From the sequence record SRR9188676_1426: a stretch of 47,175 nt of DNA; one strand, given 5' to 3'. Under the pieces are notes generated by a model that was not told where the DNA came from, did no database searches, and saw only the letters and a list, made by a program, of their open reading frames with translations. Positions 18,639 to 27,728 of this stretch are shown here, in pieces. Position 1 is the stretch's first letter, and every line of letters starts with the position of its first letter. Position numbers and translations under genes: made by a program.

Positions 18639-20240
18639 CTATTTTCTAATGGTAATGATTACTCTTTGATAACTGGTCAATTCTGGTGTTCCATTGTCAA
18701 CTGCTTCAAGAATCAAATGAATGGTTTGTCCTACCAAAGCTTCTTTGGGTATTTGAACTTCTGTTTGAATTGCATTAGTATTCAAGATATTCACCACAGG
18801 CTGCGATGTTCCTCCTTCAAATTGCCACCATTTTACAGCTACTTTATTGCCATCAGGGTCTGAAACAAATCCATTCAATCGAATTTTTTCACCCGGTGCT
18901 GCCATGATACTAAGTGGACCTTCTACTCTAACAATCGGTTGATGATTTGCACCTGAAAATTTCGAGGTGACAGTCCATTGCATTCTTGTAGCAAAATCTT
19001 TTTGTGCTTGTGGGAAAAAATTAGGATAAAATGCCTTTTCTTTAGACGAATTATTCGCATTAGTAAGCACATTCGCCATCGCATTTGCACTGGTATCCGT
19101 CAATGAGAAGAAAGAAACTGAAGCGTCATTTTGTGCAATTGAACGTCCACCCCAACCACCATAAACACCATGTTCATAAGCTCTTAAGCCATTTCCAAGC
19201 ATGTTCATAAAAGTATGATTGTCGCCTTCGCCCAACCATGAACCTTTTTCTTGGACAGGCATCCATACGGCATAACCCATCTTTTTTAGTTCCTCGTTTG
19301 TATAACCTGATAAGCCAAAGTAATCTAAAATATCACCTTTTACCATTTGTTTTCCGTCACCCCAAACTCTGTATAAGTTCCCCAATGAACCACGACTACT
19401 AATATTTTCCTTCATCCAAGTAGCGGTCAGAAAAGTAGCGTCTTCCTTTTTCGCATTCAATTGAGCACCATATCCATAATTCGGACTATTTTTGAACTGG
19501 CGATATTCGATGTTGGGCCAATTGGGCTTTATATAAGTTGCATAAGTATCGTCTTGGTCACCAGAAGGAAGTAATACCACTTTTCTGGCTATTTTTTTTT
19601 GAATGGCTTCCCACTGAACAGTATATTGATATTGCTCCTGAATAGATTTTAATGCTCTGGCAATCGTACTTTGTCCACCCCAAGCAGTGATAAATAACTG
19701 ACCCGGTTTATCATCCAAAATAAGCGATTTGATAAGTTCTGAACCAGGAGAATCCTTTGAAATATCTCCATCAAATTCAATATTTCCAAATCGAATTTTC
19801 GATTTTAAATATTCAGGACTTGGATAATTTGCATTGTGAATTTTTAGATTCGGGTATGATTTTTCATAAGCTCCCACAATGTCGTGAATAAAATGTTCGT
19901 CTTTTGCCCAACGCCAAGATTCACAAGGACAAAGGTTTAAACCAAAACGACTGTATTCTCTTCTTGGCACCGACCATTTTGTTCCTTTTCCATCACCTGT
20001 CCAGTGAAAACCGCTACTTGCATAAATCAAGCCTTCTATTTCGAGGTCAGTACTATAAAGCAAAAAGCGAATCAACGAGTTGTTATCATCTAATTCAGGG
20101 TCTGCCGTAATAACAATTCTCGGTTTTTTTTCTTTGCTTAAAGTCTGTGCAAATCCTTCTTTGTGAAGAACAATTACAGTCATCAGTACGACTAAACTGA
20201 AAAGCATTGATTTTTTAAAATAAATAGCGATTGTTCTCAT
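18639..20240 (-). CDS. Secreted DUF1593 (Sde182 nucleoside-hydrolase-like) protein with C-terminal Ig-like domain
   Basis: Signal peptide; ITADPELDD, AWGGQST, EGD, GGWGGR, ANHQP, SDPDG, HLILEAVDNG..LTSYQRVII. Confidence 0.85.
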   Translation of the reverse strand: MRTIAIYFKKSMLFSLVVLMTVIVLHKEGFAQTLSKEKKPRIVITADPELDDNNSLIRFLLYSTDLEIEGLIYASSGFHWTGDGKGTKWSVPRREYSRFGLNLCPCESWRWAKDEHFIHDIVGAYEKSYPNLKIHNANYPSPEYLKSKIRFGNIEFDGDISKDSPGSELIKSLILDDKPGQLFITAWGGQSTIARALKSIQEQYQYTVQWEAIQKKIARKVVLLPSGDQDDTYATYIKPNWPNIEYRQFKNSPNYGYGAQLNAKKEDATFLTATWMKENISSRGSLGNLYRVWGDGKQMVKGDILDYFGLSGYTNEELKKMGYAVWMPVQEKGSWLGEGDNHTFMNMLGNGLRAYEHGVYGGWGGRSIAQNDASVSFFSLTDTSANAMANVLTNANNSSKEKAFYPNFFPQAQKDFATRMQWTVTSKFSGANHQPIVRVEGPLSIMAAPGEKIRLNGFVSDPDGNKVAVKWWQFEGGTSQPVVNILNTNAIQTEVQIPKEALVGQTIHLILEAVDNGTPELTSYQRVIITIRK

Positions 20241-20297
20241 CTGGAAATTTGTTCGATTGGAAATATTTCAATAGTTAGTTTTAAGCTAAAATCTTCA

Positions 20298-21707
20298 CTA
20301 ATGCACGTACACTTCCCAGCCCATGTAATTACTTAATGCTTCTTTCAACACGCCAGCCGTTTTTGAAGCATTCATTACTACGTGATGTTCAAAACCATTT
20401 CTACAAACGTATTGCATTAAACCTTGTAAATCATTGATTTGCGCTACAGCTCTATTACCAAAAGTTTTTAAAGCATCATCTGTCAATTCACCTTCACCAA
20501 TATAGGCTTTGATAATTCCTTTAGGGTCATCTGTACTAATTCTTCCGAAAGTCAAAGGCATTGCTGGCGTGCGTCCGTCTAAAGCACCATAAGTATTTTC
20601 AACGCCAACTGAAGTTCCTAATATTGGAGCATTGCTGATTTGAATATCTGGCAAGAATGATTTCGCCCAGTTTCCACAGTGGAATAAAACGCATTTTTCG
20701 TCATCATCTGCATAATTGTTATTCCAGTCAACCAATGCACTTGGCGAGCCCGAAGCCAGTTGCATGGCGTACATACTTAGCGTTCCTGTTACATCTACTT
20801 CGCAAGCACTTGGTAGCATATTTTCGCTCATGATACTCATACTTGTACAAACATTACAGCCGTAATTTTTCTGTAGGGAAGTCCAACATTGAATGGCTGT
20901 AGCATCTAAAGAGTGTTCTAGCATGAAATTATTCAATACTGCATCTAATTTGGCAATCTGAATCATGGCTTCACTTGGCGTTTTTCCTATCGGTGTATAA
21001 GCCAAAATTTTCTCTAAACGGTCTTTAACGATGGCATCGTATTTTGTCAATTTATTGGCATTTCCGAGAATTTCAGAAAGATCGCAAGTAACGACAGAAA
21101 TGCCATTTCTTTGTAAGATTTTCTCACTATAACGTACCGTATTGAACGCTCCCGGTCTTGCACCGATAGCCCCTATACGTACATTTTTCAAACCACGAAC
21201 TACTTTACAAACTGATAAGAAATCTTGTAAATCCTTAATAAATTCTGCATCGTTCGGACGCATTACATGTTTTGTCGTAAGTGTGTATTTGATACCATAC
21301 TGATACAAATTATTACAAACCGAAATTTTACCACACCAAGCATCTCTTCTACGAGCAACATCCAATTTATCCAAATCGTCTGGATAAGCCTGTACTAAAA
21401 CGGGAACATTCAGATTCGCTAATTTCAAACTATCGGCAACGCCTTTTTCATCACCAAAATTGGGAAGGACTACCCATACGCCAATAATTTCTTCGGCATG
21501 TTGTTTGAATAAATTCGCACATTTTTGGGCTTCTTGAAAAGTTTCTACTCCACCCAACTTAGAAGTATTGCTGTCTAAAACAATTGGATTTATTCCAAGC
21601 GAATGGCAAAGGTCAATTACTTCTACCCTAGCCTTTTCAACCAAACTATCAGGAAAAAAATCTCTATTCCCAATGATAATCCCCAAACTTAATGCAGCTT
21701 TTGACAT
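20298..21707 (-). CDS. L-fucose/L-arabinose isomerase family protein (candidate apiose isomerase)
   Basis: PNFGDE, DAWCGKIS, IQCW, ACEVD, FHCGN, GFEHH motifs of the FucI/AraA-like family. Confidence 0.85.
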   Translation of the reverse strand: MSKAALSLGIIIGNRDFFPDSLVEKARVEVIDLCHSLGINPIVLDSNTSKLGGVETFQEAQKCANLFKQHAEEIIGVWVVLPNFGDEKGVADSLKLANLNVPVLVQAYPDDLDKLDVARRRDAWCGKISVCNNLYQYGIKYTLTTKHVMRPNDAEFIKDLQDFLSVCKVVRGLKNVRIGAIGARPGAFNTVRYSEKILQRNGISVVTCDLSEILGNANKLTKYDAIVKDRLEKILAYTPIGKTPSEAMIQIAKLDAVLNNFMLEHSLDATAIQCWTSLQKNYGCNVCTSMSIMSENMLPSACEVDVTGTLSMYAMQLASGSPSALVDWNNNYADDDEKCVLFHCGNWAKSFLPDIQISNAPILGTSVGVENTYGALDGRTPAMPLTFGRISTDDPKGIIKAYIGEGELTDDALKTFGNRAVAQINDLQGLMQYVCRNGFEHHVVMNASKTAGVLKEALSNYMGWEVYVH

Positions 21708-21987
21708 ATCTTTTTCTATAAAAAATGTTTATTATTTTCTGAAATCCACAAAGAGTTTTCGATTTTACTAATGTGGTAATAATCCTCTGATAACGAGTGA
21801 ATGCTGGCGTTCTGCGGTTTTTTTTACCTCTAAAATCTAAGGCATACATTCTCCTTTTTAAGCTATTTAACAATTGAAAAGTATTTAATGTGGTGTAAGA
21901 CAAAGACAGCATCCGTAATTTGTCCGAAGCTTTTTTTATGTTTTTGATTGAAATTTTAAATAAAATTGAGTTTTGTATTGGATAATC

Positions 21988-22032
21988 ATTGCGAGTTAGT
22001 GCTAGAAATACTCTAAAACACTAACTCACAAT
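21988..22032. terminator. Hairpin just downstream of deoR
   Basis: ATTGCGAGTTAGTG / CACTAACTCACAAT 14-bp inverted repeat with one mismatch; no U-tract. Confidence 0.45.
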
Positions 22033-22050
22033 TTACTTTCACAGACTTTG

Positions 22051-22818
22051 TTATTCGGCAATAATAATTTCTATTTCATTTTTCTCGAAATGCAATTTAT
22101 CATCTTGATTGATTTCGTTGTCGGTAATGATATAATCAATCAGCGACAAAGCGCCCAAACTTGCAAAAGCACTTTTTCCAAATTTGGTAGAATCTGCTAC
22201 CAAATAAGTAGTTTCTGCGGCATCAATCATGGCTTTTTTCACCACAATGTCACTGATACTTGGATACGTCAACCCTGCTTTCAATGAAATTCCAGCCGTT
22301 GCCAAAAACAGTTTTTGGACATTGATTCCTTTAAAAAAATCTGCCGCTTTTTGTCCTGTCAATGATAAGGTGGGTGGTTTAAATTCACCTCCCGTCATAA
22401 TTACTTCTATGCCCGGCTCAGTTCCCAACATCATGGCAATATTCAAAGCATTCGTAATTACAGTCAGATTTCTAAAGCCTTTCAATTTCTTAGCAATTTC
22501 AGTAACAGTTGAACCAGAATCTAAAATAATGGTATCGCCACTCGAAATAAACTCTAAACACTTCAAAGCAATTTTCTCTTTTTGCTGAACATTCAAATCA
22601 TTATGAGCTACAGTAAATTCACGCACATGGTCTTCAATATTTTTCAAATATGCTCCACCGTGTTCTCTAATAACTAAATCATCTTTTTCCAACTTTTCTA
22701 AATCCTGACGAATGGTCACTTCGGTGACTTTAAACAATCTGGCAAGATCAGTTACTTTGGCTAAACCATCTTCTTTTAAGAGGTCTAAAATCTTTTCTCT
22801 GCGCTGATTTGGCAACAT
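22051..22818 (-). CDS. DeoR/GlpR family transcriptional regulator
   Basis: HTH VTEVTIRQDLEKL..REHGGA; LDSGST, VITNAL, LVADSTKFG. Confidence 0.93.
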   Translation of the reverse strand: MLPNQRREKILDLLKEDGLAKVTDLARLFKVTEVTIRQDLEKLEKDDLVIREHGGAYLKNIEDHVREFTVAHNDLNVQQKEKIALKCLEFISSGDTIILDSGSTVTEIAKKLKGFRNLTVITNALNIAMMLGTEPGIEVIMTGGEFKPPTLSLTGQKAADFFKGINVQKLFLATAGISLKAGLTYPSISDIVVKKAMIDAAETTYLVADSTKFGKSAFASLGALSLIDYIITDNEINQDDKLHFEKNEIEIIIAE

Positions 22819-22834
22819 ATTCTTGATATTGAAA

Positions 22835-22865
22835 CAAAGTTAAACGAAACAAAAACAAAAACAAA
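22835..22865 (-). promoter_or_regulatory. Bacteroidota promoter for the deoR operon
   Basis: Minus strand TTTG (22865-22862) - N19 - TAACTTTG (22842-22835), matching the -33/-7 consensus. Confidence 0.65.
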
Positions 22866-22880
22866 AGAAAAATATCGAAA
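22845..22880. promoter_or_regulatory. Putative DeoR operator (phased GAAA/TTTC repeats)
   Basis: GAAA 22846, CAAA 22856, GAAA 22867, GAAA 22877 at about 10-bp spacing, lying across both divergent promoter regions. Confidence 0.5.
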
Positions 22881-22896
22881 ATATTTATTTTACTTT

Positions 22897-22904
22897 TACC
22901 TTTG
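22897..22904 (+). promoter_or_regulatory. -7 element for the divergent DUF1593 gene
   Basis: TACCTTTG matches TAnnTTTG. Confidence 0.55.
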
Positions 22905-22968
22905 TTAAATAAATTAATACCAATTCAATCTTCTATTATTCATATATTTACAAAAATACAATAAACAA

Positions 22969-24489
22969 ATGAAAACAAAAGTAATTCTATTCTTTTTGAT
23001 TAGTTTCTCTTTAGTACTTCAGAGTCACTCGCCCATTCAGGCACAAAAAAGCAATATAAACACAAAAAGCCGTACCATCATTACGACCGATGGAGAAATA
23101 GATGACGTTGATTCTTTCATCAGAATGTTATTGTATGCCAATGAATTTAAGATTGAAGGTTTGGTTTACAGTAGCTCGCAATGGCATTATAAAGGCGACG
23201 GCAAAGGCACAATGTTTATTTCTGAAATGGAAAATACTGCCAAAAGATATGGAAAACGCACAGCTTTACGTTGGCCAGGCACTACTTGGATACAAGAACT
23301 ATTAGCGGAATATGAAAAAGTGTATCCAAATTTATTGCAACATGACAAAACTTTTCCAAGCGCAACTACTTTACGAAAATTGGTAAAAGTGGGCAATATC
23401 GACTTTGAAGGCGAAATGGATAAGGAGACAGAAGGCTCTGAATGGATTAAAAATATATTACTTGATAATAATCCTCAACCAATATATTTACAAATTTGGG
23501 GTGGAACCAATACAGTAGCCCGTGCTTTAAAATCAATCGAAGATACTTATAAAAACACCAGTAAATGGGCCGAGATTTACGACAAGGTTTCTAAAAAAGC
23601 CATTATTTATGCGGTACTCGACCAAGACGCTACTTATAAAAAATATATCGCTCCGAGTTGGCCAAAAATTAAGGTTTTCTATAATTCAGACCAATTTTGG
23701 TGCTTTGCTTATCCTTGGCCAAGAGTAGTTCCAAATGAATTACAAACGTTTTTACGTGGTGAATTTATGACAAAAAATATTATTCAAAATCATGGACCTT
23801 TGCTTGAAAAATATTATGCTTGGGGCGATGGACAAAAACAAGCTGGCGATGAAGAACATACTCATGGCAACATGACAGATGCTCAGAAATATAAAATGAC
23901 CCAATATGATTTTATTTCTGAAGGCGATTCTCCTGCTTATTTTCAGTTATTGGATGTTGGTTTAATGAGTAAAGACCATCCAGAATATGGAGGTTGGGGA
24001 GGCAGAATGGTACAATCAAAAGATAATCCTCATCGTTGGGAGGATGGCAAACATGTAACTGATTTTAATCCATTTACGAATAAACAAGACGCCTCTTTTC
24101 CTCAAACCCGTTGGATTGAAGCCTTGCAATTAGACTTTGCTGCAAGGGCAAATTGGTGTATCAAGCCATTTAAAGAAGCGAATCATGCACCAAAAATTAT
24201 AGTTAAAGGTAATACCATCAGAAAAGTAAAAGCGGGTACTAATATTACTTTAGAAGCTTCGGCAATTGACCCAGATGGAAATGCCGTAGATTTTAAATTT
24301 TGGCAATATCAAGAAGCAGGAACTTCTTCTGAAAAAGCAAATATTGACCAAACCTTACCGAATGCAGCTAATATTAACATTCCTTCTGGATTAAAAACTG
24401 GAGAAACTATTCATATTATTGTAGAAGGAAAAGACAGAGGACAACCTGCTTTAATTCGTTACCAAAGAGTAATATTGACAGGAGAATAA
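22969..24489 (+). CDS. Secreted DUF1593 (nucleoside-hydrolase-like) protein, second paralog
   Basis: Signal peptide; ITTDGEIDD, IWGGTNT, SEGDSP, GGWGGR, ANHAP, IDPDG, YQRVIL. Confidence 0.85.
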   Translation: MKTKVILFFLISFSLVLQSHSPIQAQKSNINTKSRTIITTDGEIDDVDSFIRMLLYANEFKIEGLVYSSSQWHYKGDGKGTMFISEMENTAKRYGKRTALRWPGTTWIQELLAEYEKVYPNLLQHDKTFPSATTLRKLVKVGNIDFEGEMDKETEGSEWIKNILLDNNPQPIYLQIWGGTNTVARALKSIEDTYKNTSKWAEIYDKVSKKAIIYAVLDQDATYKKYIAPSWPKIKVFYNSDQFWCFAYPWPRVVPNELQTFLRGEFMTKNIIQNHGPLLEKYYAWGDGQKQAGDEEHTHGNMTDAQKYKMTQYDFISEGDSPAYFQLLDVGLMSKDHPEYGGWGGRMVQSKDNPHRWEDGKHVTDFNPFTNKQDASFPQTRWIEALQLDFAARANWCIKPFKEANHAPKIIVKGNTIRKVKAGTNITLEASAIDPDGNAVDFKFWQYQEAGTSSEKANIDQTLPNAANINIPSGLKTGETIHIIVEGKDRGQPALIRYQRVILTGE

Positions 24490-24536
24490 AAAAGAAACAT
24501 TTCGAAAATAAAAGAAAGAATTTATCCCCTAAAATG

Positions 24537-24580
24537 AAGAAGCCTTCAAAACATCAATTGTTTTTGAAGGCTTCTTTTTT
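24537..24580. terminator. Intrinsic terminator between convergent genes, probably bidirectional
   Basis: AAGAAGCCTTCAAAA / TTTTGAAGGCTTCTT stem followed by a T-tract. Confidence 0.8.
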
Positions 24581-24591
24581 CAAATGATTAA

Positions 24592-27540
24592 TTAATTCTT
24601 CACCAACGCTTCCCACAAAATCTCTACGGGATGCTGGGCGATTCTGCCCGTTCCATCTTTGATTTGATGACGACAACTTGTGCCGGGTGCGGCAATAATT
24701 ACTTCTGCTGATTGTTTCCTGATGGTTGGAAAAAGTACTAATTCGCCGACTTTCATCGAGACTTCATAATGTTCTTCTTCATAACCAAACGAACCAGCCA
24801 TTCCGCAACAGCCTGAAGGAATTAATTGAACCTCATAATTGTCTGGCAATGAAAGCATTTTTTTTGTGGCTACTAAAGACGATAAGGCTTTTTGATGGCA
24901 ATGCCCATGCAGTTTTATCAGTTTATTTTCTTGTGTAAATAATGATTTACTCAGTACTTTTTTATCTATTTCCTTTGCAATAAATTCGTCAATCAAAAAG
25001 GCATTTTTGGCTACTTTTTCGGCATCTGCCAATAATTCTGCGGGTACTAACTCTAAGTATTCATCTCTTAAAGTTAATATTGCCGAAGGTTCAATGCCCA
25101 AAATTGGCGTATTGTCGCTAACGATTTTTGATAAACTTTTTACGTTTTCAATCGCAATTTGTTTGGCTTCTTTTACCAAACCTTTTGACAAATAAGTTCT
25201 TCCACTTTCTAAATGTTCGGGAAGAATTACTTCATAACCCAAAGCTGTGAGTAATGAAATCGCTGTTTTACCAATTTCTACATCGTTGTAATTGGTAAAT
25301 TCATCACAGAATAAATATACTTTTTTGTCAGTTTTTGTCGAAACTCGTTTTTTATCCCAAGCTCTTAAAGTAGTTTTTCCTAAAGTTGGTATCGACCTTT
25401 CCTGAGCAAAACCCAGTACTTTTTTGGTGATGCTGGCGGTAAGTGGTGTTTTTACAATAAAATTATATAAGGCAGGAAAATTTGACGCAAATGCCTGTGA
25501 TTTAGTGAAATTACCAATCATTTTTGTTCGGAAAGGCACGCCATGAACATCGTAATAATGTTGTAAAAACTCTGCTTTCATTTTGCCAACATCTACTTTT
25601 GAAGGACATTCAGATTTACAGCCTTTGCACGACAAACATAAATCCATCACTTCCTTAATTTCCTGATGGTCGAAACGATTTTCTTGTTCAGAATTGGTTA
25701 AAAACTGACGCAAAATATTCGCTCTGGCACGAGTCGTGTCTTTTTCGTTTTTAGTTGCCATATAACTCGGACACATCGTTCCTCCTGTTACTTCTGTTTT
25801 ACGACAATCGCCCGAACCTGAACATTTTTCTGCCAAACGCAAAATGCCTTCTTGATTACTAAAATCAAAATAAGTATCAATTGTAGGATTTTTTTTGCCT
25901 GCTTCATAACGCAAAAATTCATTCATCGGCGGCGTATTCACAATTTTATTGGCATTGAAAATACTTTTTGGGTCGAAAAGTGTTTTTACTTCTTTCAGCA
26001 AGGTAAAAACTTCTTTGCCCAAAACGCTTTCGATAAATTCACCTCTCAATCGCCCATCGCCATGCTCTCCACTTAATGAACCATTGTATTTTTTTACCAA
26101 TTCAGCCGTTTCTTTCAAAACTGTTCTAAATAAAGTTTTTCCTTCTTGCGTTTTGAGATTTATCATCGGCTCAACGTGCAATTCGCCTGCTCCTGCATGA
26201 GCATAATACGAAGCATTGATTTGATGTTTCTTCAAAAGTCCTTGCAAATCACCAATATAAGCTGGCAAATCTTCTGGAGCAACGGCACAATCTTCAATCA
26301 AATTCACAGGTTGAATATCACCTTTTAAATTACGGATTAATCCCAAACCTGCTTTTCGTACATCCCAAGCAGGTGTGGTTTCTGCCCCTTTCACGACAGG
26401 ATAAGCGTAACCGATGTTGGCTTTTTGGAGGTCAGCAATCAAAGTAGAAGTTTTTTGATTTAAAACTTCGTCGCTTTCTTCCATAAATTCCACCATCAAT
26501 ATCGCCGCTGGGTCACCTTGTATAAAAAAACGATTTTTTTCGTAAACGGGATGTCCTTTTGTAAAATCTAAAATGTACTTATCCACCAATTCAGAAGCCA
26601 TCGGTTGATGTTTCAGTGCAACCAAATTTGCTTGTAAAGAATCTTGAATTGAATTGCAGTGAATGCAAACTAAAGCGGTTTCTTTCGGAGGTAAAGGCAA
26701 TAAATTCAGCTTTGCTTCAGTTACAAAAGCCAATGTTCCTTCTGAGCCTGCCAATAATTTACAGAAATTAAAAGGCTTGTTACTATCTTGAAAAAACATT
26801 TCATTGTCCACCAACATATCCAAAGCATAACCTGTATTTCTGCGTTTTAAAGTTTTCTTTGGATAAGATTTTTCTATTGCTTCTTGATTAAAAGGATTAT
26901 TTAAGGTTCTGAAAATATCTCCGTATAATCTTCCTTCTAAAGTTTTGGCATTTACTTTTTTGAAGAATTCAGCTTTTGTCAATTCTCCAAATTCTACTTC
27001 CGAACCGTCGCTTAATAATACTTTGGCTGAAATTAGATGGTCACGAGTAGTTCCCCAAACGATTGAATGCAAACCGCAAGAGTTATTGCCAATCATTCCA
27101 CCAATCATCGCACGGTTTGAAGTAGAAGTTTCTGGACCAAAAAGTAAGCCAAAAGGTTTGAGAATCACATTCAAATCATCTCTGATAACACCCGGTTGTA
27201 CTCTCACCCAACGTTCCTCTTGATTGATTTCTAAAACATTGGTAAAGTATTTAGAAATATCAACCACAATACCTTTCCCAACCACTTGGCCAGCCAAAGA
27301 AGTACCTGCGGAGCGAGGAATCAAAGTGATTTTATACTCATTCGCAAGCTTAATTAGTGCTTTGATATCAGCAACAGTTTTCGGGATTGCCACTACCAAA
27401 GGTTTCTCTTGATAAACCGAAGCATCCGTAGAATAAAGAATTTTTTGAGCATTATGAAGGGCAGAATTATCATAATATAATTCCCCAGAAAAGCTTTCTT
27501 GTAAATACTTAAAATCAGAAATGGTAATTTTAGAAGACAT
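24592..27540 (-). CDS. FAD-linked, Fe-S-containing oxidoreductase (YdiJ/D-2-hydroxyacid dehydrogenase-like)
   Basis: GTSLAGQ, GGMIGNNSCG, GSEGTL, HAGAGELH, GEHGDG, CLSCKGCKSECP, HGHCH, CCGMAGSFG. Confidence 0.88.
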   Translation of the reverse strand: MSSKITISDFKYLQESFSGELYYDNSALHNAQKILYSTDASVYQEKPLVVAIPKTVADIKALIKLANEYKITLIPRSAGTSLAGQVVGKGIVVDISKYFTNVLEINQEERWVRVQPGVIRDDLNVILKPFGLLFGPETSTSNRAMIGGMIGNNSCGLHSIVWGTTRDHLISAKVLLSDGSEVEFGELTKAEFFKKVNAKTLEGRLYGDIFRTLNNPFNQEAIEKSYPKKTLKRRNTGYALDMLVDNEMFFQDSNKPFNFCKLLAGSEGTLAFVTEAKLNLLPLPPKETALVCIHCNSIQDSLQANLVALKHQPMASELVDKYILDFTKGHPVYEKNRFFIQGDPAAILMVEFMEESDEVLNQKTSTLIADLQKANIGYAYPVVKGAETTPAWDVRKAGLGLIRNLKGDIQPVNLIEDCAVAPEDLPAYIGDLQGLLKKHQINASYYAHAGAGELHVEPMINLKTQEGKTLFRTVLKETAELVKKYNGSLSGEHGDGRLRGEFIESVLGKEVFTLLKEVKTLFDPKSIFNANKIVNTPPMNEFLRYEAGKKNPTIDTYFDFSNQEGILRLAEKCSGSGDCRKTEVTGGTMCPSYMATKNEKDTTRARANILRQFLTNSEQENRFDHQEIKEVMDLCLSCKGCKSECPSKVDVGKMKAEFLQHYYDVHGVPFRTKMIGNFTKSQAFASNFPALYNFIVKTPLTASITKKVLGFAQERSIPTLGKTTLRAWDKKRVSTKTDKKVYLFCDEFTNYNDVEIGKTAISLLTALGYEVILPEHLESGRTYLSKGLVKEAKQIAIENVKSLSKIVSDNTPILGIEPSAILTLRDEYLELVPAELLADAEKVAKNAFLIDEFIAKEIDKKVLSKSLFTQENKLIKLHGHCHQKALSSLVATKKMLSLPDNYEVQLIPSGCCGMAGSFGYEEEHYEVSMKVGELVLFPTIRKQSAEVIIAAPGTSCRHQIKDGTGRIAQHPVEILWEALVKN

Positions 27541-27728
27541 ATCGTTGAGAGTAATTTGCCTGTAAAATTAAGGTATTCGCCTTCCATAAAGTGATATGAG
27601 TAAAACTTTTTTCCAGTCTTACCCACATTTTACCATTCAACCCATTAATAAACTCCACTTGTCATATCGTAGTTGTTTGTCAAAATTTGTGGTTTTAAAT
27701 TTATCTTGTTAAATATTAATCTCATTGT

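Noticed and set aside
21664-21912. 82-aa minus-strand ORF in the deoR-isomerase spacer
   Set aside because: Overlaps the isomerase start out of frame and has no recognisable motif.
27393-27626. 77-aa ORF upstream of the FAD oxidoreductase
   Set aside because: Overlaps the oxidoreductase start in another frame and crosses the divergent promoter region.
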